DNA from: Blepharisma stoltei ATCC 30299
Lineage: Eukaryota > Protista > Ciliophora
Assembly: GCA_965603825.1 (NCBI GenBank)
Contig: CBFDEM010000051.1
Span: 620,001-684,000 of the forward strand
Reading direction: 5' to 3'
Length of the DNA: 64,000 nucleotides
The position numbers and the translations under genes are program-made. Within the stretch, counting starts at the first letter, position 1. Each line of letters begins with the position of its first letter. Shown in pieces: positions 38,570-49,354 of this stretch. The notes beneath the pieces were generated by a model, which did not search any database, was not told the origin of the DNA, and saw nothing but the letters and a program-made list of their open reading frames with translations.

Positions 38570-39607
38570 TTAGTTTACAATTAATTCGTCATTTTCTATT
38601 TCTCTAGGGGATTCTGGTGATTTTTGGGTCTTGTCTTCGTCAAATTCTTTCAGTTTGGCCTCAAATCTTTCTATGACCCTCGAGACTTTTAAGATGTGGA
38701 CACCTGATGATTCAGCAGCTTGCTCTATATTTTTGGTTAAATAGAAGGTTTCTAAGGCGTTGAGGATCATAATTGGGTGGAGTCCTGGCTCGCTGTCATA
38801 AATAGTGTCAAGCTCGTCTCTTTGGCTTTTGCTGATTCAGTTGTCTAACGTCCACGGAGAAATTCCAAGCTCTTTTACAGCTCGATTTTTGTTTTTTATC
38901 ATCTTGTAGAGGTGAAGGGCGTCTTTTATGTCGCGTTTTGCGTATATCAGTTTTGGCCTTTTAAGCTCTCCCATAATTTCTTTAATGACATGGCTTTTGA
39001 CGTTAAGAATTGCTGAAATTTCTTCGTCTGTTTTTCCTGCTTCTCTATGCTGCCTAATTTTTTCTCTGATATCTCGCTTATTGTTGGCTTCCCTTCGTTT
39101 CCAGTCTCCCCAGCTATGAATAATATGGGTGTTTCTTATATCATATAAAGCCATAATAACTTTGATTTTTACGTTCCCTTTGTAAAGCCGAATGATTCTA
39201 GTTCTCATTTCTTCTACAACGTTTTGAGGGTCTATTTCTGGGATTGGAGCATCATTGGATTCGGTTTTTTTGGGAGTTGTGGGGGCTTTGGTCGTTTTAG
39301 ATACCTCCATTTTAGGACGTTTTGTGACTGCTGGTGTAGATGATTTGGAGTTTGAGGCTAATTTCTCTTCGGAGATTATGAGAGATAAAATTTCTTGAGG
39401 GAAGTTAAGCATTTGGGCTGTGCGCTCTAAGCCTACATCTCTTGTAACATCTCGTAAAGTTTCGCTTAGCTTTGCTAAACAAGGAACTGAGTCATAAGAG
39501 ACTAGGAATTTGAAAGCCTCGATTTCTTCTCTTGGTCGCTTGACTGCTTGAGCTGTGTAGTCCACTCCACGGAGCAATGCACAAAGTCCTAAATTTTTAG
39601 GTTCCAT
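38570..39607 (-). CDS. Protein with multiple helix-turn-helix-like motifs (putative DNA-binding)
   Basis: ORFs 38837-39607 and 38570-38770 join via TGA. Motifs GKTDEEISAILNVKSHVI, RAVKELGISPWTLDN(W), EQAAESSGVHILKVSRVI. Confidence 0.65.
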
Positions 39608-40780
39608 TTTTATTATAAATCCCCTTTAATTTAAAAATTCTGGACGAATAATAATTAAAGAATCCCCTTGATTTTTATAATTTTTAATTGATTTATACAA
39701 TAAAATATAGTTTTTCAAATATAGCTCGGCTATTTGATAGCTGGGCTGATTTAATATTTTCGAAAAAGTCTGGATTGATTTTTTCAGAATGCAGCTATGC
39801 TATTAAAGTGTTCATACTATAATTTTTAAATATAATGCTTTTTTAAATAGCAGCTGACAATGTGTATTGGCTTGATTTACTTAAAAAGATAATTTTTATA
39901 CAATAATTAATTTTGTCTTAATTAAAAAAATGCCTTATTCACTTACAAGTAGAGAAGAAGCTTTTAGACAAGATATTATGATGATCCAAGGAGCTGATGA
40001 ATTGAATTTTTTAGAAAGAATTATTTATTAGTTAATAAGGAAAGATGGAAAATAGAAGCAAAATTTAGGGCATTCATCGGGAGGTCAGATCTTTATATGA
40101 TAATTTTTTTATGAAATGAAAAGGGCTAAGCAGTAAACTTTTTATGCTGAGTCCGTTTAGGAAAGATAATATTTTTAAGATTTGCAAATAAAATTTAACG
40201 GAAAATGGCCAAGCAATTGTAATCACCGATGGCTCCAGCTATCAATGATTATTTACTTCAATACAACAAATAAGTAATTATTTAGTCATTCCTAAATAAA
40301 CATTGCAAAATAAAGAATAAATATTGACGATTTTTGGTGATAAATTATGTCTTTAATATAATTAATTTTTTTAAGCAGTATAAATATAATATTGAATTTA
40401 TATCAAAATAGCATGAGAAAATAAGATTGCTAATTATTGACCCTTTACTAATTTATAATAAATATAATCCAATGTAATATATCAAATTTAGATTTCAGAA
40501 AAATATTTCCTATTAAAGCCAAATTCGTTATTTATTTTACTTATTATTTTTAATCAAAATAGCTATTTATTTTTTTGATTTTCCCCAACATAATCTATAT
40601 TTCTCTTCATAAATGGTAATAATTCTGACACTAACTATATATTTCTCCAGCATAAAAAGGCTAAAAATACCCTCACTTTCCCAAAATTTATTTATTCCAA
40701 ACTTCATTGATCCATATTCGCCCATATCCATTTGCCCGATTTCTCACTTCTAACAGCCTTTTTGTTATAAATACATAAAA

Positions 40781-41692
40781 ATGGGCTGCAGTGAGTCCTC
40801 GAGAGCTAATACCTCTTTCTATGTAAACCTTGACGAAGCTTACTTCAATAAATCCCAAATAAAACTTAAAAAACCCCTTTCCACAAAGCTTTGTGAGCTG
40901 TCGCGTGAAATTATTTGCCAAAATCTCAAAGAAGGGATTTCAACATCAAACCTAAAGTTCCAGATCAACCATAAGCAATGTCTCTTTGACTCTAACAATT
41001 ATGTCCCTCTCTTTGAAATCGGCGTGACCTCAGGTGACTCATTATCCTTCCAAGTCACCGAAGATTTGTCTGAAAAAATTACCCTATCCTTTATGATTTG
41101 TGAAAATACCAAAAAAGTCCTCAGAGCGTCGCTGCCAAAAAATGAAAAAATCGCAAACCTAAGGAAAAGGTTCTGCGGGACTGGAGACTGCCGAAATAAA
41201 GTCAAAATTCTTTATAAAGATATAGAATTAGACGATAATAACACCCTAATTGACTGTGGTGTGGAGCAAAGCGAGCTGATAACAGTTGTCATCAATGACA
41301 ATAACAGCACCAGAAGAGACTCTGTTGTCCCCAACTGAAAAATCAAAAAAGCAGGCTTGATTTTGGAAGGGATCTGCATGAACCACGAATGTGTCGCCTA
41401 CAAACAAAGAGTGTGCATTTGTTTGGGCATGGGCAAGTTCGACGCAGTCTTAGAGATGTCTGATGGGAGAGAGCATAAATGTCCTGTGTGTAACCAAGAC
41501 ATTTACAGAGCTAATAAATTTGGCTTTGTCATGTGCAATTATTCTTTTTGTGGTATATTAGAAGATGGCACTGTTAGCAATGAGTCTCGAAATATCAGAG
41601 GATATAGCGAGTTTCCAGAGGCAAATCTGAATTGGAGAGAGCTGAAAATTGAGGTCTCGGCTGCAGATTCGGCTGCTTGTCTTAACAATTAA
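40781..41692 (+). CDS. Ubiquitin-like domain protein with C-terminal Cys-rich domain
   Basis: Two in-frame ORFs join via TGA. UBL 'KILYKDIELDDNNTLIDCGVEQSELITVV', then '(W)KIKKAGLILEGICMN..C...CPVC'; MGC N-terminus. Confidence 0.75.
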
Positions 41693-41728
41693 ATTTATTT
41701 ATTTTAAGAGGGTTGAAGAAACAGGTTA

Positions 41729-42118
41729 TTATAAATTAGAGTCGTTTTCTTCTTTTTTTACCGGTTTTGTTGGGAGAATCGAGAAGTTGCCTGCGCTCGA
41801 AATAGTGCCTTTGTCGAGGAGCTTGTCGAGTTCTTCGTCATTTCGCATGGCGATTTGGATGTGGGTTGGAGTGATCTGTTTTTTGTTGAGGGCTCGAGCT
41901 GCATCTCCAGCGATTTCTAAGACTTCAGCTGTTAAATATTCTAATACAGCTGCAAGAAAGACTGGAGATTTGAAGCTGACATGGTTTGCAGGATCACTTT
42001 GCTTGAGACGGTTGGAAATTCGTGAAATAGGGAAGAAGAGGCCTGCTTTCAATGATTTTGAAGTGCGGCGTTTTGGTCCTTCTTTAGCTTCGATTTTTTT
42101 GATGATTTTAGCGGACAT
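41729..42118 (-). CDS. H2A: Histone H2A, divergent variant
   Basis: KAGLFFP.SR, PVFLAAVLEYLTAEVLE.AG, I.P.HIQIA.RNDEEL.KLL. Confidence 0.93.
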   Translation of the reverse strand: MSAKIIKKIEAKEGPKRRTSKSLKAGLFFPISRISNRLKQSDPANHVSFKSPVFLAAVLEYLTAEVLEIAGDAARALNKKQITPTHIQIAMRNDEELDKLLDKGTISSAGNFSILPTKPVKKEENDSNL

Positions 42119-42240
42119 TTTTTAAATTTATAAATTTTTGCCCCTTTTATGTTTCTAGGGGATCCAGCTACAAATATTTTACTAATATTAGTAAAAAGCT
42201 ATAAATAGAAGACATTTACAAATTATTGCAATATGTTTAC

Positions 42241-42876
42241 CTATAAAACATATATTAAAGTTATGCAGGCACACACTGATATAGTTACTCCAATCACTAT
42301 TGCATTAAATCGTTTTCTGCGCGAAATTCTGCCTAACAGAACATTTATTCCAGGAATAGTTTCAGCAAATCTGACAACTTTTTCAGATGCTGACGTAAGC
42401 TTTTCTTTTTGATAAGCAAGCGAATTTGACACTTCTTGAGTCGTCGCTAACACATTTTTGCCCATTTCTATAGAATTATCAAGACTCCGGCCTTCTCTGA
42501 ATAAAATGCTCAAGCGAGAGTCATCTGTGGAGTCTTTCAATCCTTTTCCCATTAGTTTTTGCTGCCATCGTTTCTGTTGGATGTTATTTTTTATAGCCAA
42601 AAATCGTTTAGAATTCACTCTGAAATCACTCAAATATTGGTTGCTCAAAGAAATCTCTATATGGCTGGCTGCAATCTTATTCATTTCTTCAGCTTGCTCT
42701 TTGATTTTAGCTAAAATTTCTTCAACTTTCCTTTCAAACTCATTCTCAGGATTTTTTCCATCATAAGAGACTTCAAGAGAGTCTGGATCTAGACCATTTT
42801 GTATGCTTTCTAATTCCTCAAACTTGTTCTCAAGATCTTTTGATAGTCCTCTCAATGATTTTTTGAGATCTTCCAT
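42241..42876 (-). CDS. Qb-SNARE, Gos1/GOSR1-like
   Basis: Helical N-terminus, SNARE motif (L.YQKEKL), 'IPGINVLLGRISRRKR.NAIVIG' followed by a C-terminal TM helix. Confidence 0.8.
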   Translation of the reverse strand: MEDLKKSLRGLSKDLENKFEELESIQNGLDPDSLEVSYDGKNPENEFERKVEEILAKIKEQAEEMNKIAASHIEISLSNQYLSDFRVNSKRFLAIKNNIQQKRWQQKLMGKGLKDSTDDSRLSILFREGRSLDNSIEMGKNVLATTQEVSNSLAYQKEKLTSASEKVVRFAETIPGINVLLGRISRRKRFNAIVIGVTISVCACITLIYVL

Positions 42877-42962
42877 TTTCCGAATCAGACAATAATTATT
42901 AGGATTTATTTAGGCTTTTTCTTTATATTATTTGTTGTAACTTATTTTTGTATATAAAAAAT

Positions 42963-43430
42963 ATGAGAAGCACTACAGGATCATTCCGTCCAGGCATGGA
43001 AGAAACCGCCTCTCCCCAAAGCAGAATGGCTCAAACTCAAGGCTCAATTGTTTCACTTTCTGGAGGACAAACAGCAAGTGGCTCAGCCTCACTCAAAGGA
43101 AAGCTTTTAAGTCTTGAAGAAATGATAAGGCAAATAACTGAAGAAATGAATTTTCATAAAAAAGAAGTCCAAATTCTGAGATCAGAAAAGGACACTTTGG
43201 AAAATGTGCTGAATATGAAAGTTAATGACGTAAGAAAAAGCTTGATGAACGAAATTTCAAGGGTGGAGGAAGAGATGAAGAGGCATTTTTCTCATCAAAA
43301 AGCTGAGAATAGTAGACTACAGCAACAAATTACGCAGCTGAAAGGCGAAAAGACTGCTTTGGAACAACAATTGATAGCTTTGCAAAGAAGGATTTCAGAA
43401 CTTGAGAACCAGGTAGGAAATGAGCCTTAA
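42963..43430 (+). CDS. Coiled-coil protein
   Basis: ATG at 42963 in frame with the track ORF; continuous heptads. Confidence 0.75.
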   Translation: MRSTTGSFRPGMEETASPQSRMAQTQGSIVSLSGGQTASGSASLKGKLLSLEEMIRQITEEMNFHKKEVQILRSEKDTLENVLNMKVNDVRKSLMNEISRVEEEMKRHFSHQKAENSRLQQQITQLKGEKTALEQQLIALQRRISELENQVGNEP

Positions 43431-43990
43431 ATATAAGTAATTATTTTATACAAAAAAGATTAGGTTTGAATAAATATTTAATTCATCGCGAGATTATAGA
43501 ATAAAGATCTCTATTTAGTGAGTTTAATACCTCTTATGGATATGACCACTATGAGAATTTCAATATAAATGAATTATGCAATAATAGCAATTAAAAACTT
43601 TTCGATTGATTTTATATAGGAACTCAAATTTCTAATGCCTGGAAAAATCGCTCAATGAAAATAATATGGTTGGATTAAAGAGAACTTAAAGTATATGAAA
43701 ATTATAATATAAAATAAGATAAATATCATTAGCATATAATTTAGCTAAATAAATATTAGGCTCACATTTGCTGTATAAAAATTAAATTTATTTTTAACAA
43801 AACAATATTTAGCTTGCAATTATTTTTATACCTATGAGATAGAAAAGTTATAAAATAAATATTTTCAAGAAATTTTCTCTAGCCAAAATTCTAAAGTTCT
43901 TATTTTCTGCTAAAATTCTATATTTTTTAATACAATTCTTCAAATCTTCCTTAAATATTTATAGATTTTCTACAGCTAAAAGATAATCAA

Positions 43991-46591
43991 ATGGATGATT
44001 TCGATGTCTGATGGGATCGATTACTCGGCTATCGCTTTACACATTTTTTCACAAAATTTGAATCTGAGGTAGTTTTTTGTAATCCTGACACTTTCCAAGA
44101 ATACACATTAACCCATAAATTTATATCGTCTCCAAATGCATTTTTAGGCACAGACCTTGATGGCAAAACCCACCACATTAAAATTCTTTCATTTGGCAAC
44201 TACAACCAATTACGAGAACAATTTCAAAGAATTCAGAAGATTCAGGAGTATAAATTCGCTTGAAAACTTGTAAAAGTTCTAGATTTATTTGAACTTTATA
44301 ATAAAGATAGATGAATACTTATAATTGTTAGCGAATTTCTAGATTGTCTTACATTGGAAGAAATATCGCAGATCATGAAACTTGAAAATAGATATAATGA
44401 AATTGCAAAGGAGACCTCTATTTATTTATACTTATATCTTCTGAACATTATTGAATCATCACAAAAACACAATATTTTCCTAAACTCAGTTTTCCCAGGC
44501 TCAGTTTTATTCGTAAGAGAAGAGCCTACAACATTGATTTCTATCAAAAATACGTCAAATTTTTCTTATAATGTGAAAATATCCACCACAAATAAATATT
44601 CATTATATAGCGGAAAAGGAAATATTAGCAACTACTATCCAAGTGAAAATTTATTCAATAGCTTAGAGAGTGAATTGTGAGGACTTGGGCTATGCCTATA
44701 TGCATTATCAGGAGCAAATAATGTAGATAGCTTACCTATTCTTAGAGAATTAAGCTTAGATGAGAGGATTCAGCATATAGACATTCGTTATATTGATCCT
44801 GCATTAAAATTAATTATCCAAAACTCGCTTTGTGTAATGAATAAGTCACCAATTGATAGCAAAATAGTCCAAATCTGATGAGGCCTATGGATAAATGACT
44901 GAGATGCAATAAAAATCTGCACACATGAAGATCTTGATGGCTTATTCTCAGGCCTTTTATTTGAGTCTTCATACTCCTCACGAAGAATCCTAAAACAAAT
45001 TTTATCTATTTCAGACAATTTACCTTCAGAAGTCTCAACTTATATAATGAATAATAACTTGCTGCAGATTTTTATACAAAAATGTATAAATTATGACTGA
45101 AAAGAATCCCCTCAATTGATAGATGCAGTCTTTAAAGTATTAAATTACCCAGATTTATCAGATGAAAAAGCCAGGAAATTCAATGAATCTTTGATTGAGT
45201 GTGGAATTTTGGAAATTTTGGATATTGCGATGGGGTTGAGTTTAGAATCTTATAGATTACTGCATCTTTTTATGTTGAAAATTAAGTATTCAAATACCTT
45301 ATCAGCTTTGCAAAGTCTTTGGGAAAATAGAATGATTTTTGATTTTTTGAAAAGAGCTGAAAATGGAAGTGAGGCGGATTTAATTTTTATTCAAAATACT
45401 CTTTCATGCTTTGGTCCGAATTCTGTAGATTTTATTAGGGAGTGTTATAAGCGAAATCTTTTTAATGAATCTGTATTAATGCAAGGACTTATTGAAATAC
45501 CTTATTATTTTAAGCTAGAAAAGCTAGATTCTTTATGTGATTTACTTAAGAAATTCATTATTAATTGTCAGCCAAAGTATTTGCTAAATATTTTAGAGAA
45601 ATCTGTCTTTATTCTTGAAGAGGTGGTATGCTATCCAGTAGCTCTTCAATATGACCAATTAATAGGAAAATGCAGCTCTCATACAGTTGATGAATTTGCG
45701 ACTTTGTTTGAGAAACACCCTATGCTTCTTTTTTGCGAAAACTGCAGAAAAGTCCTTTGTGCTAATTGCTCTCTTTATATAGCACATACAGACCATGAAA
45801 AAAGCTTTTTATTATATCAAAGTCCTTATAGTCGTTGTGATTGTGAGGAAAGTCACACTTTTGATCATTATAGCCTTGCCAAATTTAAGTTACCATTTTA
45901 TTCCAATGAGTTTTCTTTTGTAAGATCAGATAAAAAATTAAATAGAGAAGCAAACAACATTTTTAACTCAGAAGAAGAATTAACAGTAATGACAAATAAA
46001 TCAATTATGCAGAACAACAAACAAGGGACTATTGCTTATTTTGAAATAAAAATAATAGAATCAGGGCTATATGAAGATGTTGTAATAGAGCTGCAAGGAG
46101 CTCGGGCATCTTATTATGGAAAAAATGGGTATTTAAAGGTAAAAGATCAAATAATTAAAGGCCCAAGATATGGATCTTGAGATATTGTAGGTATTGGAAT
46201 GACTTATCAAGATCAAATTTACATTACTTACAATGGTTTGCTTATTCCTCAATTCATTGACACTCAGCCTGATTGTGATATTTTCGCTTGTGTTACTATT
46301 AAAAATAGAGCAAAAATCGAATTTAAACTGAGAGATTGACTTTTTAAGCCTGATGACAATTTTTCAAATAATAAATTTTATTCAGAAGACTCTGTCAATA
46401 GATCCAAATTTCTTCTTGAAGGGATTGTAAATCATATTAAAAAAGGTTGCAAGAAAATATGTAAAGATAAAAAGTTTATAAGCTGGCATGAAAAGTTTGT
46501 GAAGCTGCTCGAAACTTTGAATTTAAATGATTTGAAGGAAAAAGCAATTATGAAGAAAAAGAAGTTTTTGTTTTTTACTAAAAAAAATTAA
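43991..46591 (+). CDS. Multidomain protein: pseudokinase-like N-terminus, helical region, Zn-finger (B-box/UBR-like), SPRY-like C-terminus (~866 aa)
   Basis: A single frame from ATG 43991 to TAA 46591 with only TGA interruptions. HIKIL..KLVKVLDLF..IVSEFLD..L(W)GLGLCLY; C..H..CENC..LCANC..H..H..CDC; YFEIKI..GS(W)DIVGIG..YITYNG. Confidence 0.75.
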
Positions 46592-46721
46592 TGATAAAAT
46601 AATTATGATGCCTTATTGAGCAAATTTTTGAAAAATATCAAACTCTTTTTAAGTTTTTTTTGTTGAGAGTAGCTTTAAATGTCCTATTTATCCATTAAAA
46701 AATAATTTAATTATTAACATT

Positions 46722-47246
46722 TTAATTTAAGACTAATTTCTGGTCTTTAGCATAGGCTTTTTCTATCCTTGATATTTTTAATAGTGGTAGTGTTTTATCC
46801 ACAATTAATTGAATCTTTTTTGGTCTCTTATATCTCGGAATAGGGCTCATTTGTGACAAATAAGGATTTTTCACTTTTGGAAGTTTGAGTTTTATAGGTT
46901 TAATAATTGGCTGAGATGACAAAAAGTCATAAATATCAGCACTTGAAGCTTTGGCTTTCTTTGAATATGCAAGTCTTTGCAATCTAAAATTTTCCACTTG
47001 TGAAGGCTTTTCGTCGCTTCTTGCACTTACTGATTTTGAAATTGGATGCTTCAAAAGTGAGAAATCTTGATTTAGTGATAAGCAATAAGCTTTTTCAAGA
47101 TGTTTGTTTATTTGCAGCTCTAATTCGTCATAATTTGTGTTTAATGAAACAGTTGTAGGACTTGAAGCAATAAGATCAGCTCGTTTTACCATGGAATTTC
47201 TTAAATTTTTTGTACGATCTAAAAAGTCTCGAAGGTCTTGTGACAT
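46722..47246 (-). CDS. Hypothetical basic protein
   Basis: 174-aa ATG-TAA ORF. Confidence 0.6.
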   Translation of the reverse strand: MSQDLRDFLDRTKNLRNSMVKRADLIASSPTTVSLNTNYDELELQINKHLEKAYCLSLNQDFSLLKHPISKSVSARSDEKPSQVENFRLQRLAYSKKAKASSADIYDFLSSQPIIKPIKLKLPKVKNPYLSQMSPIPRYKRPKKIQLIVDKTLPLLKISRIEKAYAKDQKLVLN

Positions 47247-47452
47247 TTATTATAACTTGCAATTTTTTATAAAGATAATGTGAAACTGTAATATAAATTT
47301 AAAATTAATTCAAAAATAAAGCAATTTTATATGATAAATCACTTAAAATTCCTTCAAAAAACACGTTTTTTCATATTTAAAGCAATAAATTCTAATCAAT
47401 CTTATTTTTTTTATTTAAAAATACTTAAATTTAAATCTATCAACTATAACTA

Positions 47453-48052
47453 CTAATAAAGCTGACAGCATTGGTTATTTTTCTTGGCTCTCTTATAAAA
47501 ATCATACGAAACAGTCGACAAATCATTGCTTTTGGCCATAAGACTTTCCAAAGTTTCTCCCCTTTTTAATAGCTGATCAATGTTTTTATGCATAATGTCC
47601 CTTACCTGGTCGAGCTCGCTCTCAATCTTCATGAGTTTATCAGCTTCATTAGGGTTCTGATACGTCCTTAAAGTTTCAGCAAGCGGCGGAAATCTGACTT
47701 CAGTGTCCTTTTGTATTGTTTCCCATTGGATTCCGGATTGCAAGAATTGTTGCATTAACTCTGCAATCATTGAAAAAACGACCCTTTGAGGGTATTCTAC
47801 GTCAGCTACTGCAGTTACAGCGAAGGTGGAAGGGTGGATAGCCACATAGCAGATCCCTGCATTGTTTTCAAGATGAACAGCTGTTCGGTCACCTGGTCTG
47901 GCCCTTCCACAGACAGTTCTGCTGGAAAAGTTGATTAGGTCTTTGAGCACTCTTCTCTGTATGAAGCCTAAAAAGCTTAATTCTTGGACTGAGCCTAATA
48001 AGATAGGGTTTTCTTCTCTCCAGCGATAGATGTGAATGCTTAGAAGTCGCAT
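47453..48052 (-). CDS. YKT6: Longin R-SNARE Ykt6
   Basis: Longin domain (LSFLGFIQR, D.EYP.RV), 'YQNP.EADKL.KI..EL', LLKRGE.LE.L, C-terminal CCQLY prenylation motif. Confidence 0.93.
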   Translation of the reverse strand: MRLLSIHIYRWREENPILLGSVQELSFLGFIQRRVLKDLINFSSRTVCGRARPGDRTAVHLENNAGICYVAIHPSTFAVTAVADVEYPQRVVFSMIAELMQQFLQSGIQWETIQKDTEVRFPPLAETLRTYQNPNEADKLMKIESELDQVRDIMHKNIDQLLKRGETLESLMAKSNDLSTVSYDFYKRAKKNNQCCQLY

Positions 48053-48253
48053 TTTTATGATTTATTCGAAATTAATATATTTAAATAGCATTTTATTTAT
48101 TTTCACTTAAAATTTAGAGAAAATTTATCAATATTATTGACTGCTTTATCTCAATAAATATAATAAAAATACCATTGGAATTTGCAAATGATTTATATAA
48201 TTCCATAATTCGTATTATCTTTCTCTTTTTAATTAAATCCTCTTGTTTATTCA

Positions 48254-49315
48254 ATGTGGTGAATATTTTTGATCTCCTCAGCTTTTGCTCTTCAATGCCC
48301 AGAATTCATGTGCACAAGTGCAGAAGTTCCTCTAGGTCCTGGCCAGTGTGTTTATTACAATAACTCACAATACAGCTTATCTCCATGTGAAGATCAAAGA
48401 ATCTCATATTGTGATTCTCAAACTCACCCAGAAAATGTTTCTTGTACAATTCCTCCACAGGCTCCTACAATAAATATTGCATATCCAGGTGAGCCTTGCG
48501 TATTTGACTTAAATTGTGTCCAAAGTATCTGTCTAAAAGGTATATGTAAAGGATTGCCTATAAATAGCGCATGCACCCAAGATGCCCAATGTGATGTGGG
48601 CTTGTTTTGCTTCAGTTCTAAATGTGCACCACAAATAGCAATCGGCCAGCCAGGCTGCACAAAAGATTCACAATGTGTAAACAATGCAGGCTGCAACGTC
48701 GACACTGGAACCTGTGTTGCCTATTTATCATTTCCTCCAGGAACTATCTTATCATCATGCACCAATAACTATAACCCTCTATGCAGCTCCCAAGCCTGTG
48801 CTACAGTTCAAGGTAAATCATATTGCCAAGCCCAAGTAAAGTCCTTAAGCTCTTTACCAGCTTATTGTACAGATAGTAGCAATTGTCCAGCTTATTTCGA
48901 TATCGCTATAGGCGCCCAAGTAAATACTCAATGCGTATGTGGCCTTAACGGTTTCGGTGATTCTTTCTGCAGCTTAGCCCCTGGTGACGAGCCTTTCGCA
49001 AACTCTACCCTTTGGCTTTCCAAATGGTACGCATCTCAATCCATCAAGATGTGTCACACCAGCATGAGAACTGGCAACTTATGCATGAAAACTTATTGGG
49101 ACTATAACTCCTACATTGCTTTTCAATATTATGCTACTTATTCTCAAAATTACCCTCTTTACCAATTTAATGACCAATGTGTAAGAAATATATATACAAG
49201 TGCATTTTGGGAGCTAGAAGAAGAGTATATGAACTCTATCCAGCCTGCGGATAATGATGATAACTCTGCTGTTATAGCAGCAATTGGAGGCTTTCTATCT
49301 TTAATAGCATTTTAA
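48254..49315 (+). CDS. Cys-rich secreted/surface protein (signal peptide, possible GPI signal)
   Basis: ATG TGG TGA ATA.. = MWWIFLISSAFA signal peptide; >30 Cys in EGF/EB-like clusters; hydrophobic C-terminus SAVIAAIGGFLSLIAF. Confidence 0.8.
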
Positions 49316-49354
49316 GCTAAATTATACTGATTAAATCCAATAAATTCGTTAAAT

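Noticed and set aside
39975-40000. ATGATGA...CTGA resembling C/D boxes
   Set aside because: Boxes are only about 10 nt apart with no terminal stem; too short for a snoRNA.
9616-42766. Antisense ORFs over coiled-coil, H2A, SNARE and RCC1 genes
   Set aside because: Shadow frames of well-supported genes on the opposite strand.
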